Below are positions 21,101-33,100 of a stretch of 64,000 nucleotides of DNA, one piece after another. Source of the stretch: Octopus sinensis. Lineage: Eukaryota. Positions within the stretch are counted from its first letter, which is position 1; every line of letters starts with the position of its first letter. Position numbers and translations under genes: made by a program. The stretch spans positions 72,850,001 to 72,914,000 of the forward strand of contig NC_042997.1 of NCBI RefSeq assembly GCF_006345805.1, read 5' to 3'. The notes under the pieces are model-generated. The model ran no database searches and had not been told where the DNA came from. It saw nothing but the letters and a program-made list of their open reading frames with translations.

Positions 21101-24100
21101 GGCAAAGACTCCATAAGATGTAGCTGGTGTAAGCTATAGACACATAAAAGGTGTGGCAATATCAAAGGAAGCTGAGAAGATAGTTTTTATGTGTGGCAAA
21201 TGCTCAAAGGCAATAAACACTGAAGATGTACAGAAAACAGCTCCCGTCACATGCTAGCAGGGGAAACTAGAAGTAGTTGATAGCTTCCGTTACCTAGGTG
21301 ACCAAGTCAGTAGTGGGGGGGGGAATGCTCTGAGAGTGTAGCTGCTAGAATAAGAATAGCCTCTGAGAGAGCTTCCACCTCTGCTGGTGACAAAGGGCCC
21401 CACAGTCAGAGTAAAAGGTAGACTGTATGACGCATGTGTGCGAACAACCATGCTACATAGCAGTGAAACATGGGCCGTGACTGCTGAGGATATGCGTAAG
21501 CTTGCAAGGAATGAAGTGAGTTTGCTCCACTGGGCGTGTAATGTCAGTGTGTGTACACGACAGAGTGTAAGCACCCTGAGAGAAAAGTTGGACATAAGAA
21601 GCGTCAGATGTGGTATGCAAGAGAGACGACTGCACTAGTATGGTCATGTGTTGAGTATGGATGAGGACAGCTGTGTGAAAAAGTATCACACCCTAGCAGT
21701 AGAGGGAACTTGTAGAAGAAGACAGTACTGTCTGATTGGCACCCATGCTGGTGGCACATAAAAAGCACCATTCGAGCATGGTCGATGCCAGTGCCACCTG
21801 ACTGGTCCCAAGCCGGTGACACATAAAAAGCACTATTGGAGCGTGGTTGTTGCCAGTGCTGGCTGACTGGTCCTGTGCCGATGGCACATAAAAAGCACCA
21901 TTCAAACATGGTTGATGCCAGTACCACCAGACTGGCCCTCGTGCCAGTGGCACGTAAAAAGCACCCACTACACTCTTAGAGTGGTTGGTGTTAGGAAGGG
22001 CATCTAGCTGTAGAAACTTTGCTAGATCAGATTGAAGCCTGGTGCAGCCATCTGGCTTACTAGCTCTCAGTCAAACCGTCAAGCCTATGCCAGCATGGAA
22101 AACAGATGTTAAACGACGATGATGATGATCAAGTGTATATATATTACAGCTGTAGGATATACCTAATCCGTCATCTCAATATAACTAATATCACAAGAAG
22201 AGAATTTAGTAAATGATTTGTCTAGCAAGGGATAACAAACAACTTTGACTTTTTTATCAACTGCATAAGCAACTTAGTTTGAAGGCATTTTCATGTCTTG
22301 CTTCTAGCATATTTTGTCTCTACAGGTTTCAGCTTAACTATCTTGCTGTCAGCTAACATCAACAGAGTGGATAATATTGAAATAAATTACCATAGAAAAA
22401 AAAAAAAAAAAACTCATTCACATTGTATAAACACAGAAAAGTTGTAACATCTACACATACCTTAAGATATATCATTAAATAAAACAAAAAAATCACAGAA
22501 AACTTGAAAATCCTCTTACCTGAGTGTTTTGTAGGGTTTTGTTGATAAATCTAAATCAAACCAACTCAAGTGACAGTCATAACTGCCAATAATAAGATTA
22601 TCACCTGAAATTTAGAATAGATAAAAGAATAAGTAAAACTCATATCACTGAAAACACTAACAAAAAGAATTGTTTATTGAGCTTGTAGGAAATGCTTATT
22701 AATCCTTTTATAACCCAACAACCTATGTGTCAGCAAAATCTCAAATATGGCATTACACAGAACAATCATTGCATATTTGATAAAGGTAACCTATGCTTAA
22801 TAAAAGTAGACAATTTTGTCTCAGAAATACTTTCAGTCATTACCAAACACAGAAAAAGATGTTTAGAACATTATGATAAAAGGAAAAAACAAAACAAAAA
22901 GAATAACTGTCAAGACATGACACTTATTCCTTTTTGGTTTAGTCTACCTAGATTTAACCCTTTAGTATTTCAATTGACCAGATCTGGCCAAAATATCCCT
23001 ACCTGTTTTATATTCAAACTGACTAGATTCAGCATCTTACACCTACTATACAATGTCATTCTAAAAATTTATACTCATATCATTGAAATCTCAAAGCAGT
23101 GAGACACTATATGATTAATTCAAACCAGTTTGAATAAATAAGCATGATGTTTGATAGGACAGAGTAATTTGAAAGCCAAAGGATTAAAATTTGACAAATT
23201 TCATAGGTCAGCAATGTCAATTCAATCCCTTTTTAAGAACTTTCTGTAGTTGACCATCATCCTAATGAAAGGAACATTTATCTCTTACCCAGTACTCAGA
23301 TATCAGCACTTGCAATACAGAACATAGTAATTAACTAAGCCATTAGAAAATTTAAGACAATGAAAATATCACATTCTAAACTCAAATGAAATAATATAGT
23401 CTCACTTATTTTACCTTGCTCTTGTGCTTGCATAAAGTAAATTATTCAAAACACACACACATTCTCATTTTTTAGAAATTAGTTTAACATTCAGCAGAGC
23501 CACTCTCATAGATCATATTGCAATTAATGAGGTAAAAGTGATGAGAGATATATTAAGTGATTCTGTCTCAGATGAAAATGTATGATAATTACAAGTGTAC
23601 ACAAACTTTAACTTACAACAAGTCATGCATAAAAAACCAGTGAGAAGTTGACCACTCACCCACCTATCCATCTATCTGTATATGTATCTTAGCATTTATC
23701 CACCACCAACAGCTTGATAACCAGTGTTGGTGTGTTTACATCCCCATAAAGAGACCAACAGAACAAGTACCAGATTAAAGAAATATACACATATGTAGAG
23801 GCATGGGTGTGTGGTAAGAAATTTGCTTCCCAACAGGGTTCTGGGTTCAGTCCCACTATGTGGAACCTTATGCAAGTATCTTCTACTATAACCTCAGGCT
23901 AACTAAAGCTATGTGAGTGGATTTAACAGACAGAAAGTGAAAGACAGCTGATATATATATATCAGAATCGAAATCGTTCAATGGAAATTGCAGATGTGTT
24001 ACCAGTGCCGGTGGCATGTCGAAACTACTTGTGAAGACCTGTTGAGGCAAGTGAGGATCAGAATCGAAATCGATCAATGGAAATTGCAGATGTGTTACCA

Positions 24101-27100
24101 GTGCCGGTGGCATGTAAGAGAACCTTCCGTTTCGCGACCGTTGCCAGCACCGCCCCGACTGGCCTCGTGCCGGTGGCACATAAAAAGCACCATCTGTTCG
24201 TGGCCGTTTGCCAGCTCTGTCTGGCACCTGTGCGGGTGGCACGTAAAAAGCACCCACTACACTCACGGAGTGGTTGGCATTAGGAAGGGCATCCAGCCGT
24301 AGAAACACTACCAGATTTGACTGGGCCTGATGAAGCCTTCTGGCTTCACAGACCCCAGTAGAACCGTCCAACCCATGCTAGCATGGAAAACGGACGCTAA
24401 ACGATGATGATGATGATGATATATATGCGCTTGGCTTAGATTTTCCTTTGGGGCTGGTCAGGTCGGAGCAATCTCAAGATTAATCAGCCGAAATTGCGAC
24501 GATGATCCGGTTCTTGACTGAAGATTGAAGGCTTCGAATGTCCCGTCCGTGTTTTTTGTGTCGTCTTCTAAATGTTTCACGTTCGTGTCCCAGTTTGTAT
24601 TTTTTCACTTTTACACATATATATATATGTTGTGTGTGTCTTTGTGTTTGTCTTCCACCACTGCTTAACAACTGGTGTTGGTGTGTTTACACCCCCATAA
24701 CCTTGCAGTTCTCCAAAAGAGACCACTGAAATAAGTACCAGGCTTACAAAAGAAAATTAGTACTGGGGTCAATTCATTCAAATGAAAAATTCTTCAAGGG
24801 TGGTGCCCTAGCATGGCTGCAGTATAATGACCAAAACATAAAAGAAAAGATAATACGTTTGAACACAAGTCCAGCCTATCAGACGTTGAGAGATGAAGAA
24901 AGTGCAGAGGAGGGAGAGAAAAAAATTAAATAAAGATGAAAGAAAAATTTTGAAATATAAATGGTGAAAGAAGGTAAAAAAATAGGTACAAGCTAGAATT
25001 TTAAAGGAGTTAATTTTTGCAAGGGGAATTGTTTTTAGTACATGTAATCAGGCACTGACCTCCTGGATGAAGTGCAATACTAGAGACCCACTTAACATTG
25101 GTCATCAGTTTCTTCACCATTTCTTGTTTCAACAGGTTATATATCCTCACATAGCGTTGAGTCTACAAAAGATAAGAAGAATAACAACATTCACTAAAGA
25201 AATTTGGTAAGGCATCAGGCCAAATGAAGGAAAACTACTCCAAAAGAAACAGCTGCAAGTAAGGACTGAAATAGGACCACAAGTTGAATTTGTTAGAGCT
25301 TCTTAATGGTAAACTCTGAGTTCTGAATGTATTTCAACTCAACCTTATTCATAGCTCTTGCTGATTCAACAGGAGACTTAGAGCCTCTCATGCTGAAGAA
25401 AATAGGCCTACTAGCCTTCAAGTTCAAATGCACTTCTGGCAGTACAATGTGTATTTGGACAGTACACTTATTTCCATCTGGATGATTAGAATAGGTACTA
25501 CATGGCTGTGTATTAAAATCCATACACATCATCTTATCAAGAAGATTTAACACCATCAAACCAGAGCATAGCATTTATACTCTCCTACTGTAGATACAAA
25601 GCAGCACTGACATTGTGGCACAAACTTTTGACTTGTCAGAGGTTAAGACAATGCATTATCAAGTTTCCACTCACTAAGAATTTAATACACTGCCAGCTGA
25701 TTACAATGAAAATAAGGATTTTTCACTTTTGTAGAAGAGAAGGGAATATAGTTAGTTGATTGATCCCCAATATAAGCAGTATGCTAAACTACATTCTGTG
25801 AGACACCTTGCTATAATGCTTCCCTACAACTGGTACAATCTCTAAAAACCATTTCATAAATAGACTAGAAGTATTAATCATTTCAATACCAAGCCTGCTG
25901 TAACTGCCTGAGAATCAAAATGGTAAATAATATCAGCCTGCCTGAAACCAGTCATAATGACCAATTCATATTTAAATGAGAATTTCAGTACAAATCTCAT
26001 TAGTACATTCATGAAAACATGTGATTTCACTACATAAACAACTGAGTTACAGTAGCCGACATTATTTAACATGATGTCTGACTTCTGTGAATTTTTGGAG
26101 ATTTTCCTCACATTTTTTCTACATCATTGTTTTAAAAACTTTTAATACTGGCAAAGAAAGGATAACAGTTTTATGTTGTCAAGTAGTGAACCAGGGCCAT
26201 ATATTATTTTTTGACTGGTTTTTCAGTTCAGTCACACTTGTGAATTTAGAAGCTTTAGCAACATATACATACTCTACAGTTGTTGCAAGTAGGAAAGGGG
26301 TGCTGTTGGATATAAAAAAAGAGGTGAAATAATCCAACAGCAGAAACAAAACTTGCTAGCGACTGTACAAAGATAAGATACAAATCAAGTGGATGAAAAT
26401 GGCATTCCATTTGTGAACCTCAATTATAAACAAGTACATGGGTGGTGTAGATTGGCAGAATCAGATGATGAGCTATTATCTGGTCTGCCAAATGTGTAAT
26501 AAATGGTGGCAATACCTGGTTTGGTCTATAGTAAATACAAACATTGTTAATGCAAATTATACACCAGATCAGGAGGGGCTTGAAAGTGATGTGACTATCA
26601 GCAGTTCCAACCAGATGTAGCAATGCAGTTGAAAGCTGGTTTTCCTTCCAAAAAATAACTGTTGGAACAAAAACTTAAGCCTGCCAGAGTGATAGCCCTA
26701 TGACTTTGGCTCATCTCCATAAATTAGAGAAAAACGAGGGTCACAAAAGGTAGTGCTGTGAATGCCTTCATAAAAAAAAAAAGGCTCCCATTGGAAAAGC
26801 TATTGAAACAAATTTCCAATGTACATTCTGCAAAGTTGTATTAAATTACCATGATAGAAATATTGTGTGAATTATATGTATATGATCTGATTTTATAAAT
26901 TTTGTTTCTTCAAATTTCATTTTTATTTTTCATTTATCTGTCATTTCAATTTACCGGCAATGTAAGAGACAAATTTTGATCAATTTGCATTGTGAATCAT
27001 CATATGTTTCTAACTATTTATGTATGTGTTTGAGTGTATTTCATTTTCTAGTTTTCTTCAAAGAGATTCCAGAATTTTATCCTTTATTGCTATGCCTGTC

Positions 27101-30100
27101 TTATATGCATTTAAGCTCAACTGATAATCCAGTAATGTGCACAATTCTTTGATTCTAAAATTTTGTTGTATACCCAATTGAATATTAAATGGCTAATAAC
27201 TAATTTTCTTTGATGATGTTTAAACAAAATTGAAAGAATTTTATATCTAGTTGAATTATCCCGTATCTACCTGTAATTTAGAGACTCTAAGACAAAAATT
27301 ATGCAACAGATTTAAGAACCTCTAGCTAAGTTACTGTAATCCAAAAACCACAATATGTTGCTAAATAAAAGTCAGAAATGTTTTAGGAAACCAGTCTAAA
27401 TTCATAACTATAATAGAATTTAACTGAAAGGGGTGCATTTTGGTTAGAAATATAGAAATGAAAGGGTTAAGTATCTTGCTTAACAAAATTTCAAAACTGA
27501 AAGTACAACTCGAACACTTGTCATATTTGCACAGGTTATCCCATCCTTCTCAGCCTCCTTTACTCATTACTCATTCCCCTTTATCCATAGCAGTATTGTT
27601 AGTCACTCAGCAATGGCATCTCACTTCTGTTTTTTCACTTGCTGGATAAATGGTACATGTCAGATGAAGTTTAGCTAAAGAGGATAATAAAACATCCATC
27701 TGACAATCTCCCTGCTCAACCATCCAATGGCACTACACACTGAACTTGTCATAGCCACTAGCAAAACTGGTATACTATCCAAGGAAAGACTTGTCTCTTC
27801 TGATTAATGCCACAGAAATCACTGGCTCATTCAAATGCAAAAATCAGTGAAAGACTATGGATGATAAAACAACAATTCAGTACTGGACAAACAATCATAT
27901 CAGATAACTAAGACTATGTTGAGATCAGTCACAAATGGACATCTCCATTTAATTGTGAATAGACTGTCTTTTTAGGGGATGTTTTAGACTACATAATTTG
28001 ATGTATCTTTTCTTTATTCTTTTTTTTTTAAGATAATAGGATGTGATTTGTTTGCTATTTTTAGTAGGTTGGGTGAGTGCATAGCAGCATCTTGTCGTCA
28101 TCAGTTTGCAGTACTGGGATGACCACTTCCTGTGAGTATAGAAATAATTATCTAATTATCAACTGAAGTGATCACTCAATGATTACTATTTCTGGTTCTG
28201 AAAATATTTGGATGGGCTACAAACAGAATTTAAATGTGATACTTACTGCAACAAATAACAGGGGTTTTACAGGATGGAAAAGTACACGCTGGACTATGCC
28301 TTTTGACTTTGAAAATGGATTCTGTTAAAGAAAAAATAATTAGTGAAAACAATAGTAATAATCCTTATTATGATAAATTAAACTATGTAACTCTTTAGTT
28401 CCTGATACACCCATGCACAAAAAAAAGGGTGGTTTTCATCATAGTTCTATTCAATTAATATTGATCTAAGTTTAAACAAATATATTTATTTTGACCCAAC
28501 AAGGGACAGACTCTGCACAGTTACTCCTGTCCTTCAAATAACAACTTACAGCCTTAAATTATAAAAAACACACTGTGTGTGAACACATACACATTTACCA
28601 TCATCATTTAATGTTTGTCTTAAATTCTGGCACAGGTTGGACACTTTGACAGGAGCTGGTAAGCCTGAGGACAGAACCAATCTCCACTGTCTACTTTGGC
28701 ATGGTTTTATGCTTGGATACCTTTCCTAATGCCAACCACTTTGCAAAGTGGACTGAGTGCTTTTTACATGTGACCAACACCAGTGAGGTCACCAATTAAA
28801 TAAATTCAAAATAACTTAAGAAAAGTTAAGCAGTTTGAAGTTGGACGAAAAAAACTGCTTTAGAGAATTTAGAATTTACATAAACAACATATTCACTATC
28901 ATTGGTTTAAGTCAAAGGAAATTTGTGTTGATTTTGTTACATAAGTAGTTTCAAGGCTTCATATTTATAGAAGGAAAAGGAGATTGCTAGACATTCATAC
29001 CTTCCCATGACTGTTAACAATGAAGTGAAATGGCAAATCAAAACCAGATCATGGACTAAGCACAAATCAATTCTTGAAAGTGGTATCAAGTTTAAACTTT
29101 AACAAACAGACAAAATAAAAAGGAAGTAAATGCATATTACTGACCTGTGACCTTCTTTTTGTCAACTGATGAATTAAAACAGCCATGCTATGGGCTGATG
29201 GCATCACAGATGTAAAATAGTCACCTTTGGCATGCCATGACACATGGTTTACTTCCTATGAAAATAAAAACCAAAAGCAATTCTGTTTCAGATATTTTTT
29301 CTTTCACTATTCCAGCTGCATCTTATAAACTATCACAAAATAGTTTAGTTCACTGATTACCTAAATTTAGGTAACTATTCCTTCCCATGTATCCTTTTTA
29401 AAACAATGCATTAGCTTGATTATACATCACACCACAGAGCATGTGATGTAATCCATTTTCTGTTATTAAGCAAAATTAATCTTGGACCTCAAGGACTGTT
29501 GGAGACCAAAACCCAAATTAAGAGCACACATTTGATTGTGTAATTTGAGAATTTCCTTGGAAGCAGTATCATTAAAACATTTCTTCAAGCAATACATTGT
29601 TACATTTAGTACATATCATCTTTTGCTTCTTTTAAATTTTATTTACTTCCTACTTATCTAACAAAAACAATTGAAAAAGTAAAGACATTAAATTAGAGGC
29701 CAAATCTTCAAGAAATAGACATTAATTTTGGTAGTTTATTGTACTTAAACTAAATCCTTACAAGAATGAATATGAAACTATATGTAAATAAACGAGAGGT
29801 CAGAAACAAACCTGTGGATGAATAATTTTCAGTCGAAGTCCAGCATCATACATTTTACCTTCAAATGATTCCCACATAACAAGCTTAGTGTTTTCTGAAA
29901 ATAACAAACTATATTAAAATATCTAATATAAACAAAAAAGTGAACAAATCATGAAATAGCTATAAAATTTCTGGATTTAGAGCAAATCAGCTTTACACGG
30001 TCCTTCCCACTTCATGACTGTAAACTAACAAAATACTCATTTTAACATGTAATCAAATGTACTCTGTTCTACCTATTATACCTAATGGCATATCTTCTAA

Positions 30101-33100
30101 ATGAAAAGTTCACACCTCACAAAAGGATATGATTAGATGTGGTACTAAGCAGGCTGCTTTGTACCCCATCTAATCAGCCACTTGCATTCAGTATTGAATT
30201 AAATGATCACTGACAAATATGTTAACAAAAACAGACTCCTTACTTTCTACATTTTCTGCATCTTCAGTGATTGTTTCTGTGGTAACAAAAGATTTTAACA
30301 GCTCATCTGTGCCAGATACAATAAGTTTATCTACAACACCGGGATTAAGAATAACCACAGACCAGTTACTGCAATATGAAAGACAATAATTATGTTAATT
30401 ACTTCCTCATCATTTTCTTTTTTTTCTGATTAAAACCTTTATTTTACATGGTTATTTATTCATTTGAAAACTGTAGACATTTCAGTGAGCTGAGACTTCC
30501 CAATATGCAAAAATATCATGTTATTTACTTGGAAGGAATTGCTATCTATAGTTTTAAAAATTCCTCAGCAGTACAGAGATATAGAGGGAGAAAAAGGGTA
30601 GAGAGGAAGAAAAGATAATGAAACAGTTTTATATATACAAGAGACGTTGGGTGAGAAGAGAAAAACCTATTTAGGTGTAGGATGTAAAAATAAGAGTACT
30701 CATAGATTTGTTGGATATATTCAAGTTTATATTAGATTACATAAAAAAGTATTCAATATCAATTCCTTCTAAGCAATTACATATTTTAGTACCTTTGCCC
30801 GAGGGCATGTTTTCTACATGAATATATCTATTATGAATTTATTTATAACATGAATATTAATTATAAATGAAAAACATATAGCATGAAATTAGAAATGTAC
30901 AAAACTTTCCAGTTCTTGTATCAATATAAATTTACTCTGTAGGTATGTAGGATTCATCAGGACTTTCAACTAGTATGTATGATTTTTCTCATTTAAAATA
31001 AATGCATCCTCATGTGTTTCATGAGAACACAGCTTGGGTTATAACTCCTACACATTATAATGTATATACTTGAAAAAGTTTGTATCTTTTTTATTGCAGA
31101 GCTCTTTTGATTTTCTATATAGTATTAGAGAAATACTATACAGCTAAGCACATTAATTGGCTCTTCATTTTATGATAAACCTCTGTAAAGTATAAGAAAA
31201 CTTTCAAGAAGAGCCACAAGGTCCTGCCTGTTTAAAACACTTGATTTAAGATATGGATTAATAAATATTCTACCTTTAAACTAATTCAAACAACTCATCA
31301 GATAATTAACTCCATTCTCTGATTAAAATCACTATTCTCTTCTATTTCTTGCATTACAGGGCCTTTGGGTCTAATAAATAAAAAAATAAACCAGTACTGT
31401 AGTTTAGTATAACTAAAAAAAATGCTACCCATACCAAAAATATACTCCAAAATTCCTAACAAAGGAAGAAACTGACAGTAATGATGCTCCAGTTGGAGGA
31501 GAAATTATTCTTCATTATTTCTAATGATTTTATTTTTCTATTGACTGAGGATTAATACTTTAAAATAAAGAAAGAAATCTTACACAACAGCAACTAAAAG
31601 ACATAGTGATGGGTTTGGGTTCCAAGCAATACTCTTAACTGTGCCTTCAACAGAAATTGTCTTGAAGCAGCGGCCTGTTGATACTTCCCAAATTTTGATA
31701 GTGCAATCATCAGAACCTATCATAAATAAATAAAAAAATAAATAAATGCATAGGTTGTGAGTGTGTATGTGTTTATATATATATATGTATATATGTAAAA
31801 TCTGGAAGCTTAAGGATCCTCTGAATGGACAAAGCTTTAGAGATATATTACTTGAAGCTTTTGACAAAAAAGAGGAGGATATAGCATCATATAACATGGA
31901 GGACAACTGGAGATTCCTACTGGACAATCTGTTGAGGGCTACTGACCAGATATATGGCTGGTGCAAAGTCTCTTCTCAACCTATGGTGACATGGTAGTGG
32001 AACAATGTAGTTGACAGGGCCATTAGGGGAAAGAAACAGACACAAAAGGACTGGAAGCATGGTGGTAGCAGAGAACTGTATCAGATTACCAGAAGGGAAG
32101 CTAGGAGACAGGTTTACTTAGCCAGAGGGGAAGCAGATAAGAAGAAATTTGCCAATGCTCTGTGTTGTGAGGGCCAGAGACTTGACGTGTTTTCATTTGC
32201 AAGACAGTGTGAGAGAGAAAATTGTGATGTCATAGGAGAGCAATGTGTCAGCATGGATGACGGCTCACTAGCATTTAAGGATGCTGCAAAGAGAGAGACT
32301 TGGAGATGCCACTATGAAAAGTTGCTAAATGAAGAGAATGAATAGGAGAAAGAGAGTCTGCTGAATGCCGACCCAGCTATCCAAATTGACAGTATCTTGG
32401 TAGATAAAAGCAATTAAGGATATGAAGACAGGAAAAGCCCCCAGCACATCAAGAATCACTGCTGAGATGCTAAAAAGATCTGGCAGTGTAGGCTATAGTC
32501 TAGTCACCTGTATAGCTAACCTGGAGATACACGAAGAAGTCGCACCATAGTCAACTACTACAAAGGTAAAGGTGACACCTTAGATAGAAATTACAGAGTT
32601 ATCAAATTGTTGGATCAGGTGATGAAAGTCGCGGAGAGGGTCATAGCCCAACTAATTAGGATGAGAGTTAGTTTAGATGAGATGTTGTTTGGGTACGTGC
32701 TAGGGAGAAGCACCACTGATACTATATTTCTGATAAGACAGCTGCAGGAGAAATACCTAGACAAAGATAAACCCCTGTACTTGGCTTTTGTTAATATGGA
32801 GAAAGCCTTTGACAGAGTCCCCTGATCCCTTATCTGGTGGTCAATGCGGAAACTAGGGATAGGTGAGTGGTTGGTGAGAGCTGTACAAGCCATGTAGAGG
32901 GATGCTGTCAGTAAGGTGAAGGTTGGCAATGAGTATAGCGAAGAATTCAGGATAGAAGTAGGGGTTCATCAAGGATCAGTCCTCAGCCCACGCTTGTTCA
33001 TCATAGTCCTCCAGGCAATAACAAAGGAATTCAAGACAGGCTGCCCCTGGGAGCTCCTCTATGCTGATGACCTTGCTCTAATAGCTGAGTCACTACCAGA

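Noticed and set aside
21802-21830. Twister-ribozyme-like string ctggtcccaagccgg
   Set aside because: Present in only one module; the other modules read tcctcgtgccgg, and the remaining twister elements are absent.
21740-21966. CRISPR-like repeat-spacer appearance of the GGCAC(G/A)TAAAAAGCACC arrays
   Set aside because: The linkers are homologous to each other, the arrays are part of dispersed RTE 3' UTRs, there are no cas genes and the context is a eukaryotic intron.
25293-25574. 93-aa minus-strand ORF in BOP1 intron 15 as an alternative exon or nested gene
   Set aside because: No recognisable similarity, and BOP1 exons 15 and 16 join in phase without it.
28322-28442. Perfect C box (ATGATGA) upstream of exon 15
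   Set aside because: No downstream CTGA D box before the acceptor.
31717-31966. Upstream part of ORF 31580-31966 as a BOP1 extension
   Set aside because: Chance read-through from antisense RTE and microsatellite into exon 11; the true acceptor is at 31717-18 and the phase fits exon 10.
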